NCBI GenBank assembly: GCA_027008775.1
Contig: JALVDV010000004.1
Span: 24,544-88,543 of the forward strand
Source: Candidatus Moraniibacteriota bacterium
Lineage (GTDB): Bacteria > Patescibacteriota > Minisyncoccia > Moranbacterales > DUUL01
Length of the DNA: 64,000 nucleotides
Direction: 5' to 3'
A model generated the notes under the pieces. It did no database searches, had not been told where the DNA came from, and saw nothing but the letters and a program-made list of their open reading frames with translations. The position numbers and the translations under genes were made by a program. Positions 1-8,607 of the stretch are shown here, piece by piece; positions within the stretch are counted from its first letter, which is position 1; each line of letters opens with the position of its first letter.

Positions 1-710
1 CTCCGATTTACATTCACGAATTTATGTATCCCTTGATGCAAGGCTATGACTCGGTGGCTCTGGATGTTGATGTGGAACTGTGCGGAACTGATCAAATATT
101 TAATGCTCTGGCGGGACGAACCCTTTTGCAAAAATTAAAAGGTAAGGAAAAATTTGTTATCGCCGCCAATTTGATTGCCGACGAAAAAACGGGACAACTG
201 ATGTCAAAATCAAACGGCACCGGCGTTTTCTTGGATTTAAAGCCGAAAGATTTGTTTGGGGCGATTATGGCTCAAACCGACGGAATGATCAGACCACTGG
301 CGCTTGGCTGTACCCGACTGAGCCTGGCTGAAATTAAAGAAATGGTTCAAATGGAAAATCCTCGGGACGCCAAATTAAAATTGGCCTTTGAAATTACCAA
401 AATTTTTCACGGAAAAGATGAGGCAAAAAAAGCGCAAGATTATTTTGTCAACACTTTTTCCAAAAAAGAAATTTCCGCCGAAAGTGTGGAAGAAATAAAG
501 GTGTCTGCCGGTGAACGCTTGATAGATGTTTTGGTTGAGAACAACCTGGCCGAAAGCAATGCCGACGCCAAACGAAAAATCAAACAGGGTGGGGTAAGTA
601 TTGACGGAGAAAAAATCATGGACATCCAAAAGGATGTTGATGAAACAATGGACGGAAAAATTTTAAAAGTTGGCAAGAAAAATTTCCGAAAATTAAAAGT
701 AATTCCCTAG
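1..710 (+). CDS. tyrS: Tyrosyl-tRNA synthetase, C-terminal part (runs off window start)
   Basis: [15 protein letters not shown] and MSKS motifs; C-terminal S4-like domain ([16 protein letters not shown]...LKVGKK). The frame is open back to position 3. Confidence 0.95.
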   Translation, partial: PIYIHEFMYPLMQGYDSVALDVDVELCGTDQIFNALAGRTLLQKLKGKEKFVIAANLIADEKTGQLMSKSNGTGVFLDLKPKDLFGAIMAQTDGMIRPLALGCTRLSLAEIKEMVQMENPRDAKLKLAFEITKIFHGKDEAKKAQDYFVNTFSKKEISAESVEEIKVSAGERLIDVLVENNLAESNADAKRKIKQGGVSIDGEKIMDIQKDVDETMDGKILKVGKKNFRKLKVIP

Positions 711-824
711 CTCTCGTGGATCTATTTTTCAACCTTTTTGCCAAAGATATTTGTTGATAAAAATAACAGTCTAACAACAAACCGAACAAGTAAAAAACAA
801 AACAAATAAAACATCGCAAAAACT

Positions 825-2561
825 ATGTCAAACAAAACACCAAAATTTGACCAGGCTCTGAAAGAAATTTTAGACAAACTGGAACCGCATCAGAGAGAAT
901 GCAAAGAGTGTGGTCAGAAGTTTGATATCTTGTCAGAAGATATTAAATTCTATAAAAGACTACAAGTCCCGCCACCGACTTTGTGTCCTGATTGTAGAGA
1001 ACAAAAAAGAGCTGGTTATAGAATAAATTATTTACCTATTTTCTATAAAAAATCTTGTTCCGTTCCCGGACATACTGAAAAAATTGTTTCTTTCTATGCC
1101 GAAAACAATCCGGTTAAAGTTTATGATGATAAATACTATTTTTCCGATCAATGGGAAGCCACTGAATTTGGCATTGACTACGATCCGGAGAAAAGTTTTT
1201 TTGAAGAATACAATAAATTTGTCCTAAAAGTTCCTCATCAATCTTTATTCAAGGATCCGCAGTCAGTTAATTCTGATTACGTAGTGGCGGGAATTCAAGC
1301 CAAAGATTGTTATTATGTAGCCTCCCCAATATTTTCAGAGAAAATATATTATGGTTGGTACCCAGAAAACTGTAAAGAATCCATTAATATTTGCGAAATC
1401 AAAAAAAGCGAATTATGTTTTGATTGTGTTTACACAAATGCCAGCTACAACTGTATTCATTGCGTTAGTGTTGATAATTGTTTAAATTCAAGTTTTCTTT
1501 ACGATTGTCACAATTGTCAAAATTGTTTTATGTCTGTCAATTTGAGAAATAAATCCTATGTTTTTCGCAACCAACAGCTAAGTAAAGAAGAATACCAAGA
1601 AAAAATGAAAGAAATTGAAATGGGAAAGAAAAGTGTTTATAAAAAATTACAAAAGGAATTTAATCAGTTGATTGAAGAAAAAGCAATTAAGAAGAATTTG
1701 GATAATGCCAAGACGGAAAATGTTTTTGGAGATAAATTAATTGAATGCAAAGATTGTTTTAAATCTTTTTCTCTTGTTAAATCAGAAAATATCAGGTATG
1801 GATTCGTAGCCAAAGAAATTAAAGATTGTATGGATTTTTGGGGAGGAACAAAAAATAGTCTGTTATATGAATCATCAGGAGTGGCCGATTCCAGTCAAGT
1901 AAAATTTTCTTTGATGATGAGAACTTGTTCAGAAGTAGAATATTCTTTTGAGTGTAGTAATTGCGAAAATTGTTTCGCCTGTTTTGGCTTAAAAAACAAA
2001 AAATATCATATCTTTAACAAACCCTATTCTAAAGAAGAGTATTACCAAAAAATAGATGAATTAAAAACGAAAATGTTGAAAAGAGGAGAATATGGAGAAT
2101 TTTTCCCTTTAAAAAATAGCCCTTTTCCTTATCAAGACTCTAACGCTCAGATAGAATTTCCTTTAACCGAAGAAGAAATAAAAGCTAAGGGTTGGCATTG
2201 GCAAGATGAAGTTCCTTCAGAAATTGATTTAACTAAAATTAAAACCATCAAAGCGGAAGATGTTCCCGATGATATCAAGGATATTACCGATGAAATACTA
2301 AAGACCCCGGTTATCTGTGCAAGAACCAAAAAACCATTTAAAGTAACTCCCTTTGAATTAGACTTTTATAGAAAAATGAGTGTTCCCTTACCAACTATTC
2401 ATCCCTCAGAAAGAGTAAAAGATTTGTTTAAATATAAAAGAGGCTATCATCTTTATTCAACAACTTGTACTAAATGCGGGAAGGAAATTCAGACGGTTCA
2501 TAATCCGGAAAAAACTGAGAATATTTATTGCGAGGAGTGTTACGCTAAAGAAGTGGTTTAG
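825..2561 (+). CDS. Cys-rich CxxC-repeat protein of unknown function (CPR-type), paralog 1
   Basis: N-terminal CKEC...PPPTLCPDCR; internal CxNCxNCF repeats; YGEFFP..SPFPY; C-terminal CTKC...YCEECY. Confidence 0.8.
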   Translation: MSNKTPKFDQALKEILDKLEPHQRECKECGQKFDILSEDIKFYKRLQVPPPTLCPDCREQKRAGYRINYLPIFYKKSCSVPGHTEKIVSFYAENNPVKVYDDKYYFSDQWEATEFGIDYDPEKSFFEEYNKFVLKVPHQSLFKDPQSVNSDYVVAGIQAKDCYYVASPIFSEKIYYGWYPENCKESINICEIKKSELCFDCVYTNASYNCIHCVSVDNCLNSSFLYDCHNCQNCFMSVNLRNKSYVFRNQQLSKEEYQEKMKEIEMGKKSVYKKLQKEFNQLIEEKAIKKNLDNAKTENVFGDKLIECKDCFKSFSLVKSENIRYGFVAKEIKDCMDFWGGTKNSLLYESSGVADSSQVKFSLMMRTCSEVEYSFECSNCENCFACFGLKNKKYHIFNKPYSKEEYYQKIDELKTKMLKRGEYGEFFPLKNSPFPYQDSNAQIEFPLTEEEIKAKGWHWQDEVPSEIDLTKIKTIKAEDVPDDIKDITDEILKTPVICARTKKPFKVTPFELDFYRKMSVPLPTIHPSERVKDLFKYKRGYHLYSTTCTKCGKEIQTVHNPEKTENIYCEECYAKEVV

Positions 2562-2595
2562 AATAGCAAGAACTCAACTTCTATGGGATTGCAAG

Positions 2596-2632
2596 TTGTG
2601 CAATTTTGCAATTGTATTGCAAAATTGCACAA
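2596..2632. promoter_or_regulatory. Perfect 17-bp inverted repeat (operator or hairpin) upstream of the AAA ATPase
   Basis: TTGTGCAATTTTGCAAT-tgt-ATTGCAAAATTGCACAA. Confidence 0.7.
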
Positions 2633-2683
2633 AGTTTGATAGGATTAGTTTGGTTATATCAAAACAATTAAGCATAAAAGATT

Positions 2684-3859
2684 ATGCGGAAATTTTACAA
2701 AAGAGACATAGATGAAAGGGTTCATAGGGTCTTAAAAGGGTTTCCCGTTATTTTTATTACCGGGCCGAGACAATCCGGCAAGACTACTTATATTAAGCAT
2801 CGTTTTAAGAATTATGAATATTTTAATCTGGAATCTTTTTCTGATTTTGAGTACATCTCCAATGATCCCGAATATTTTTTAAAAGAACATCCTCATAATA
2901 TTATTATTGATGAAGTGCAGAGAATGCCTGAACTCTTATCTTATATCCAAGTTCATGTTGATAAAGAACAAAGAATGGGATCTATTATTTTGTCCGGTTC
3001 CCAAAATTTATTAATATCGGAAAAAGTTAATCAGTCTTTAGCTGGCAGAGTGGCTTACTTGACCCTTTTGCCTTTTAGTTTAAATGAACTTAAGAAGGGA
3101 AAGATAATAGAAAAAAGTTCTTGGAAACAAGCATTAAAAGGCTTTTATCCGGCTTTATATAGTCGTCAAATTCCCATTGATGAATTTTATAATTCTTATT
3201 TGACTAGCTTTGTAGAACGAGATGTGCGACTAATTAAAAATATTGGTGATTTAACGCGGTTTAAAAAGTTTATGATATTGTTAGCAGGCAGAGCCGGACA
3301 GATTATGAACATATCCTCTTTGGCTGATGATACTGGAATTTCTCCAAATACGGCCGAGTCATGGCTGAGTATTTTAGAAGCCAGTTATATTATTTTTCGC
3401 TTGGTTCCATATTTTAAGAATAGCAGTAAAAGATTAATTCGTTCACCCAAAATATTTTTTTACGATACGGGCTTACTTTGTTTTTTATTGGGAATTGATT
3501 CAATAAAAGAATTGGATTCTCATTTTGCGCGAGGAAATATTTTTGAAAATTTAATTATTGCCGATATTAAAAAAGATAAAGAAGTGTTTGATATCTCTTC
3601 TCAACTCTATTTTTATAGAGATTCTAAACACAAGGAAATTGATTTGGTGATTGATTTAGGTGGAGACTTTTTGTTAATGGAAATAAAATCGGCCAGTGAG
3701 TTTAGTCAATCATTTTTAAAAAATATTGTTGAAATACAGGAGCAAGAATTTAAAAAGGGGAGAAATATAATTGTCTATAATGGCCAGAGAAAATTGAAAT
3801 TAAAGAAAGCGGAGGTGGTGCCATGGGATAAACTAGATAACGCTATGTGGGTAAAATAG
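2684..3859 (+). CDS. AAA_14 ATPase with DUF4143 and PD-(D/E)xK-like C-terminus
   Basis: Walker A GPRQSGKT; Walker B IIIDEVQ; LSGS; SPKIFFYDTGL; FYRD..EIDLV...MEIKS. Confidence 0.9.
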   Translation: MRKFYKRDIDERVHRVLKGFPVIFITGPRQSGKTTYIKHRFKNYEYFNLESFSDFEYISNDPEYFLKEHPHNIIIDEVQRMPELLSYIQVHVDKEQRMGSIILSGSQNLLISEKVNQSLAGRVAYLTLLPFSLNELKKGKIIEKSSWKQALKGFYPALYSRQIPIDEFYNSYLTSFVERDVRLIKNIGDLTRFKKFMILLAGRAGQIMNISSLADDTGISPNTAESWLSILEASYIIFRLVPYFKNSSKRLIRSPKIFFYDTGLLCFLLGIDSIKELDSHFARGNIFENLIIADIKKDKEVFDISSQLYFYRDSKHKEIDLVIDLGGDFLLMEIKSASEFSQSFLKNIVEIQEQEFKKGRNIIVYNGQRKLKLKKAEVVPWDKLDNAMWVK

Positions 3860-3986
3860 TTTTCCCAACCAATCGCCAAAAAATGGAAAAAGAATTACTC
3901 TTGGTTTGATCTGGTTTCCTAAAAGAAGTTGTTATGCTTTGAATGCAAAAAATTTTTTTTAAACAACCGACATCAATTTGAAAATT

Positions 3987-5747
3987 ATGGGTCAAGATCA
4001 AAAATTAGAATCCAAAAAACTAGAAAAAAGAGTTTGTCAAAATTGTCAGAAAGAATTTACTATTGAGCCGGAGAATTTTGAGTTTTATGAAAAAATTAAA
4101 GTTCCAGCTCCGACCTGGTGTCCGGAGTGTCGCGGGCAAAGACGTATGAACTTCAACAACGTTAGCAGTCTCTACAAAAGAAAATGTGATTCTTGCGGGG
4201 AAAATATTATCGCCGTTTACCCGGAAGAAGTTGAATTTCCGGTTTATTGTCCAAAATGTTGGTGGTCGGACAAATGGGACGCCTCCGATTATGCTCGGGA
4301 CTATGACCTTAACAAACCGTTTTTTGAACAATTACGAGAGCTAAAAAATGAAGTGCCCCGAGTATCTCTGGAAGTTGATTATCAAAGAAATATTAACAGT
4401 CCTTATGCCAATCTCTGTGGTCCTTTAAAAAATTGTTATCTGACTTTTTTAACAGACACTGCTGAAGATTGTGCCTACATTTTTTCCGGTGATAATCTGA
4501 AAGATTGTTTTGATTGCACCAACGTGGCTTCGGCTGAGAATAGTTATGGTTTGTTCTATTCTGCCAAAATGTATCACTCATTTTTTTCGCGAGAGTGTGA
4601 AAATTGTTTGAATGTCTATTTCTGCAAAAATTTGAAAAATTGCCAAAACTGTTTCGGCTGTGTCAATCTCCGCAATAAATCCTATTGCATCTTTAACAAG
4701 CAATATTCCAAGGAAGACTATCAGAAACAACTCCAAGAATTACTGACCGGCTCACATCAAGCCCAAGAAACCATTAAACAAAAAGTTGAGGAATTTTTTC
4801 TGCGCTTCCCCAATAAATACATCCACGGAGAAAGCAATTTAAACGTTAGCGGTGATTATATTTATCACTGCAAAAATACACATAATTCCTACGGCATCAT
4901 TGAGGGTGAAAATGTAAAGTATTGCAAAATGTTGGAAATGGGACCAACCAAAGATTGTTACGATTACGACAGTTGGGGACAGAAAGCGGAAAAAGTTTAT
5001 GAAGCGGTGCATTGCGGGGACGGAATTAACAATATCAAATTCAGCAATGGCGCTTGGCAGTCTTACAATGTTGAATACTCCGACAACCCTTTATTTTCTC
5101 ACGATATTTTTGGCTGCGTTTTTACCAACAAAAAATCCTACTGCATCCTCAACAAACAATACTCCAAAGGAGAATACTTCCCAATGGTGGAAAAGATCAA
5201 AAAACATATGAATGAAATGCCTTACATTGACAAACAAGACCGAGTCTATAAATACGGAGAATTCTTTCCACCGGAACTGTCTCCTTTCGCTTACAACGAA
5301 ACCATCGCTCAAGAATACTTCCCTTTAACCAAAGAAGAAGCAAAAAAGAAAGGTTACAGATGGAAGGAAAGAGAAAAAAGAAACTATAACATAACTCTCA
5401 AAACAGAAGATATCCCTGATAATATTAAAGACGTAGATAATTCTATTCTCAAAGAGGTTATAGAATGCGCTACCAATAGTGAAGAAGAGAAAGCTAAAAA
5501 TAACTGTAGCGAAGCTTTTAAAATAATTCCTCAAGAATTAGAATTCTACAAAAAAATGAATCTTCCTCTTCCCAGATACTGTCCCAACTGTAGACATCAT
5601 CAAAGACTAAAAAACAGAAATCCTTTAAAACTCTACAAAAGAACTTGCATGAAAGAAGGTTGCAACAATACCTTTGAAACCACCTATGCTCCTAATAGAC
5701 CGGAGATAGTTTACTGCGAGGAGTGTTATAATCGGGAGGTGAATTAG
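3987..5747 (+). CDS. Cys-rich CxxC-repeat protein of unknown function (CPR-type), paralog 2
   Basis: CQNC...PAPTWCPECR; CQNCFGCVNLRNKSYCIFNKQY; YGEFFP.ELSPFAYNET; YCEECY. ATG at 3987 chosen over TTG at 3978. Confidence 0.8.
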   Translation: MGQDQKLESKKLEKRVCQNCQKEFTIEPENFEFYEKIKVPAPTWCPECRGQRRMNFNNVSSLYKRKCDSCGENIIAVYPEEVEFPVYCPKCWWSDKWDASDYARDYDLNKPFFEQLRELKNEVPRVSLEVDYQRNINSPYANLCGPLKNCYLTFLTDTAEDCAYIFSGDNLKDCFDCTNVASAENSYGLFYSAKMYHSFFSRECENCLNVYFCKNLKNCQNCFGCVNLRNKSYCIFNKQYSKEDYQKQLQELLTGSHQAQETIKQKVEEFFLRFPNKYIHGESNLNVSGDYIYHCKNTHNSYGIIEGENVKYCKMLEMGPTKDCYDYDSWGQKAEKVYEAVHCGDGINNIKFSNGAWQSYNVEYSDNPLFSHDIFGCVFTNKKSYCILNKQYSKGEYFPMVEKIKKHMNEMPYIDKQDRVYKYGEFFPPELSPFAYNETIAQEYFPLTKEEAKKKGYRWKEREKRNYNITLKTEDIPDNIKDVDNSILKEVIECATNSEEEKAKNNCSEAFKIIPQELEFYKKMNLPLPRYCPNCRHHQRLKNRNPLKLYKRTCMKEGCNNTFETTYAPNRPEIVYCEECYNREVN

Positions 5748-5863
5748 AAGGGGCAGAAGAGTGGAATGAAAAAATAAAAAGCGCCAGAAGCGATTGTTTT
5801 GGGTATAGAAATTTTTGATTGGCAGAGAAGTTGATATTTTTAAAGTTTGTGTTTTGGATGATT

Positions 5864-7378
5864 CTATAGTCCGTGGTCTCTTTTGTATTTTTGCCATTGC
5901 TTGCCGGACCAATCTTTGGGTTTTTTAGTAAAAGTTGGCTGGCTATTGTGGTGATAACTGGCGGCGTTGTGATAGAAACTCCAAAAACCATTTTTCTCTA
6001 TGACATTACCATTTTTGTCTTTGATGATTTGCCACCAGACATATTTGCGACCGCCATCGGGTGTTCTTTTTATCAGGGTCGGTCCCTCCGTTTCCACTTG
6101 GCGACCATTGGAATCGCCGAAAATGTCAAAGGTAAGAATCGTTCCGGAGAAATGTGGTTGGATTAGGATATAACCGGGGGTGTTGTTGATGAATTGGAGG
6201 TCCGGCTTGGGAATGTAAACGGTGGCGTCAGTTCCTTGAGGAGAATAGTACTGAACCGGGTAGGCGTGGTTGCGACGCTCGGTTATTTTTAGTCCGCTGT
6301 TAACGGCGGCGCGAAAAAGAGTGGTGGAAACTTGGCAAACTCCACCGCCAAACTCAGGGATGGTTTGGTGGTTTTTGATAACCAACTCCGGTTTGTAGCC
6401 AGTTTTGGCATTTACTTCCCCCAAAATCTTGATAAAAGAAAAAGTTGCTTGTGGAGGCACCAGTACCCCGTTGAATCTTTCGGTGGCGACGTGGATATTG
6501 TGAATTCTGTTTTTGGGAGATCCGCGGAAGTTTGATTGTCCGCTACCTATTTTCTCTTTAATGCCCATTTGACGGTAGTTGTCGGCGGTGATAATCGGTT
6601 TGACTATTTTAGTGGGGAGTTCAACCAGGCCTTTGGTGGATAAGGTGTCCATATATTTTTTAAGGTTTGCCATAGTTTTTTCCAAGTCAATTTCATAACC
6701 CCATTCCTCTTTTTCTTTAACGATGATTTTGTTGTTTTCGTTGGCACCAAGTTTGGCGTTGCGTGGTTCCTTTTTGGTGGAATGTTGCAGCTCTTTGAGG
6801 TATTTTTCCGCTTCTTCCAGATTAATTTGGAAATTTCTTTTTTTATTGATTTGTAGTTTGTTTGATAAGTTATGAGTGAGTTGACAAATGTTCCAAGGTT
6901 GGTCGTTGATTTCATTTTCGGCAAAACAGAGGTTGATGTTTTCAACAGTTGGTGTGTTGGCAAAAGAGGTGCTTGGTTGAAAGACAACAATTGTTTTTTC
7001 TCGAGAGAAAGAGGTTGGCTCAATGGGAACAATACGATTATAAATTTTGACAAAATATTCTTTTTCCCGGCTAAATTTTTCCGCAGAATTTGTTTCCGGT
7101 TCCGTCTCTTCAATGACTTTTTCCTTTTCTTTTTCTTTATTTTTATTGCTTTTGGAAAGAGAAGAATTGTTGTGAACTTGTTGAGAGGGAGAAGAATTTA
7201 GAAGCAGACTGTTGGAAATATTTGCCATATTTTGTTGTTGGCCAGTTTGGTTGGTGGCAATGGTGTTATTTGTTTTGGTGGTAGCCAGACTTGTTAGAGG
7301 ACACAAAAAAAACACTCCAACCAGATTTAGGCTAAAGACAAGAAAATATCTGACGATTAAACAGCGATTATTATTCAT
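5864..7378 (-). CDS. VanW family membrane-anchored protein
   Basis: N-terminal TM segment; SPKNRIHNI, FSFIKILG, GGGVCQVSTTLFRA, ERRNHAY, GTDATVY, DLQFINNT motifs. Confidence 0.9.
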   Translation of the reverse strand: MNNNRCLIVRYFLVFSLNLVGVFFLCPLTSLATTKTNNTIATNQTGQQQNMANISNSLLLNSSPSQQVHNNSSLSKSNKNKEKEKEKVIEETEPETNSAEKFSREKEYFVKIYNRIVPIEPTSFSREKTIVVFQPSTSFANTPTVENINLCFAENEINDQPWNICQLTHNLSNKLQINKKRNFQINLEEAEKYLKELQHSTKKEPRNAKLGANENNKIIVKEKEEWGYEIDLEKTMANLKKYMDTLSTKGLVELPTKIVKPIITADNYRQMGIKEKIGSGQSNFRGSPKNRIHNIHVATERFNGVLVPPQATFSFIKILGEVNAKTGYKPELVIKNHQTIPEFGGGVCQVSTTLFRAAVNSGLKITERRNHAYPVQYYSPQGTDATVYIPKPDLQFINNTPGYILIQPHFSGTILTFDIFGDSNGRQVETEGPTLIKRTPDGGRKYVWWQIIKDKNGNVIEKNGFWSFYHNAASYHHNSQPTFTKKPKDWSGKQWQKYKRDHGL

Positions 7379-7397
7379 TGGCGTTTCGTTGTTGTCA

Positions 7398-7436
7398 GTT
7401 GCAAAAAGCTACCGTTGAAAGGTAGCTTTTTGCAAC
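7398..7436. terminator. Hairpin downstream of hsp20 (probable terminator)
   Basis: GTTGCAAAAAGCTACC-gttgaaa-GGTAGCTTTTTGCAAC, a 16-bp stem. Confidence 0.6.
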
Positions 7437-7452
7437 CGCGTTGTGCAGTTTT

Positions 7453-8103
7453 TTAAAAGCCCCTTACCTGGATCTTTCTGGTTTTGGTGGTATCGGCCTT
7501 GGGCAGTCTAAGGGTGAGAATCCCGTTTTTCATAGTGGCTTCCGCTTTGTCAGCGACAATTTCCACCGGCAGAATGACACTGCGAGAAAAAGCTCCCCAA
7601 TAACACTCTTGATAGTAATAGTTATCAGCAGAAACTTCTTCATCTTGTTTTCTTTCCCCTTTGATGGTGACCATATCGTTGTTAATGCTGACATCAAGAT
7701 CTTCCGGTTTTACGCCGGCGATAGTTGATTTGATGATAATGTCATCATCTGTTTGGTAAACATCAATGGTAAGTTGTCCCTCGGATTCATCATTGCTGAC
7801 TTCGGTGGCAGTGGTATCAGTTGGGGTGGTGACATTATCTTCCGGTTCATTTGTGGAAGAGGGAAAGGTGTTTTTGTTTTCTGTTTGTTTTTCGTAGGTG
7901 GGCGCGCTATTGGGAACCTCATAAGTATCATCGTTGATTTCAAAAGAGGCCGGCGAAAAAGCTTCACTGTTTGGGTGCTGGGGCGCGGGCTTGTTCTCCC
8001 GATTGATGACAAATTCTTCTTCATTACCGGAATAATTTCCCTCTTCATCAACTCTTTTAATACCGGTTAATTTTTCAAAAAAAGATCTTTTTTGCTGTGC
8101 CAT
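7453..8103 (-). CDS. Hsp20/alpha-crystallin small heat-shock protein with long acidic N-terminus
   Basis: EGQLTIDVYQT...IAGVKPEDLDV...ECYWGAFSRSVILP...ATMKNGILTLRLPK. Confidence 0.92.
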   Translation of the reverse strand: MAQQKRSFFEKLTGIKRVDEEGNYSGNEEEFVINRENKPAPQHPNSEAFSPASFEINDDTYEVPNSAPTYEKQTENKNTFPSSTNEPEDNVTTPTDTTATEVSNDESEGQLTIDVYQTDDDIIIKSTIAGVKPEDLDVSINNDMVTIKGERKQDEEVSADNYYYQECYWGAFSRSVILPVEIVADKAEATMKNGILTLRLPKADTTKTRKIQVRGF

Positions 8104-8127
8104 TTTTTTGTTAATATATTAGTTTTA

Positions 8128-8607
8128 TTAAAACTTGTTTATTTGGTAAGCAACCAGATTATAGCATAAGTGGACAAAAAAAGCCAATAGAAAAAAAAGT
8201 GCTGTTTGGCCGGAAAATCCTCTTAATCTTTGTTTTTTGAGACCCTGCCAAAGAAAAAAGGTGGAGAGAAAATGGATGGTCAGAAGGAATAACGTTTGTG
8301 GCAAAAAAAGAGAAAAGTTTGTAAATGAGAGATTGGCAAGCAAATATTCCAAAAAAACGAAGCCGAGAGTGAAAAACGCCAAGTTAATAAAAGTGTTTTT
8401 AGGATTTTCAGATTTTATTGAAAGATTGTCCTGCAGGAATTTAAGACTGATAAATTTATTGGTTTCCTCAGTCAGGGTACTCAAGAAAATAAGATTGCCG
8501 GGGGAAATATTTTTGAAAAAAAGGAGGATGATTAGGGAAACAAGGGCGCTAAAAAGACCGGCTAAAAAGAAGCCGAATTTGTTAACTGATTTTTTCCAAA
8601 TATTCAT
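8128..8607 (-). CDS. Membrane protein, short PrsW-like intramembrane metalloprotease candidate
   Basis: Multiple TM segments with EExxK (LTEETNK), a GFxxxE-like motif and HxxxN (VHLCYN). Confidence 0.55.
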   Translation of the reverse strand: MNIWKKSVNKFGFFLAGLFSALVSLIILLFFKNISPGNLIFLSTLTEETNKFISLKFLQDNLSIKSENPKNTFINLAFFTLGFVFLEYLLANLSFTNFSLFLPQTLFLLTIHFLSTFFLWQGLKKQRLRGFSGQTALFFLLAFFVHLCYNLVAYQINKF

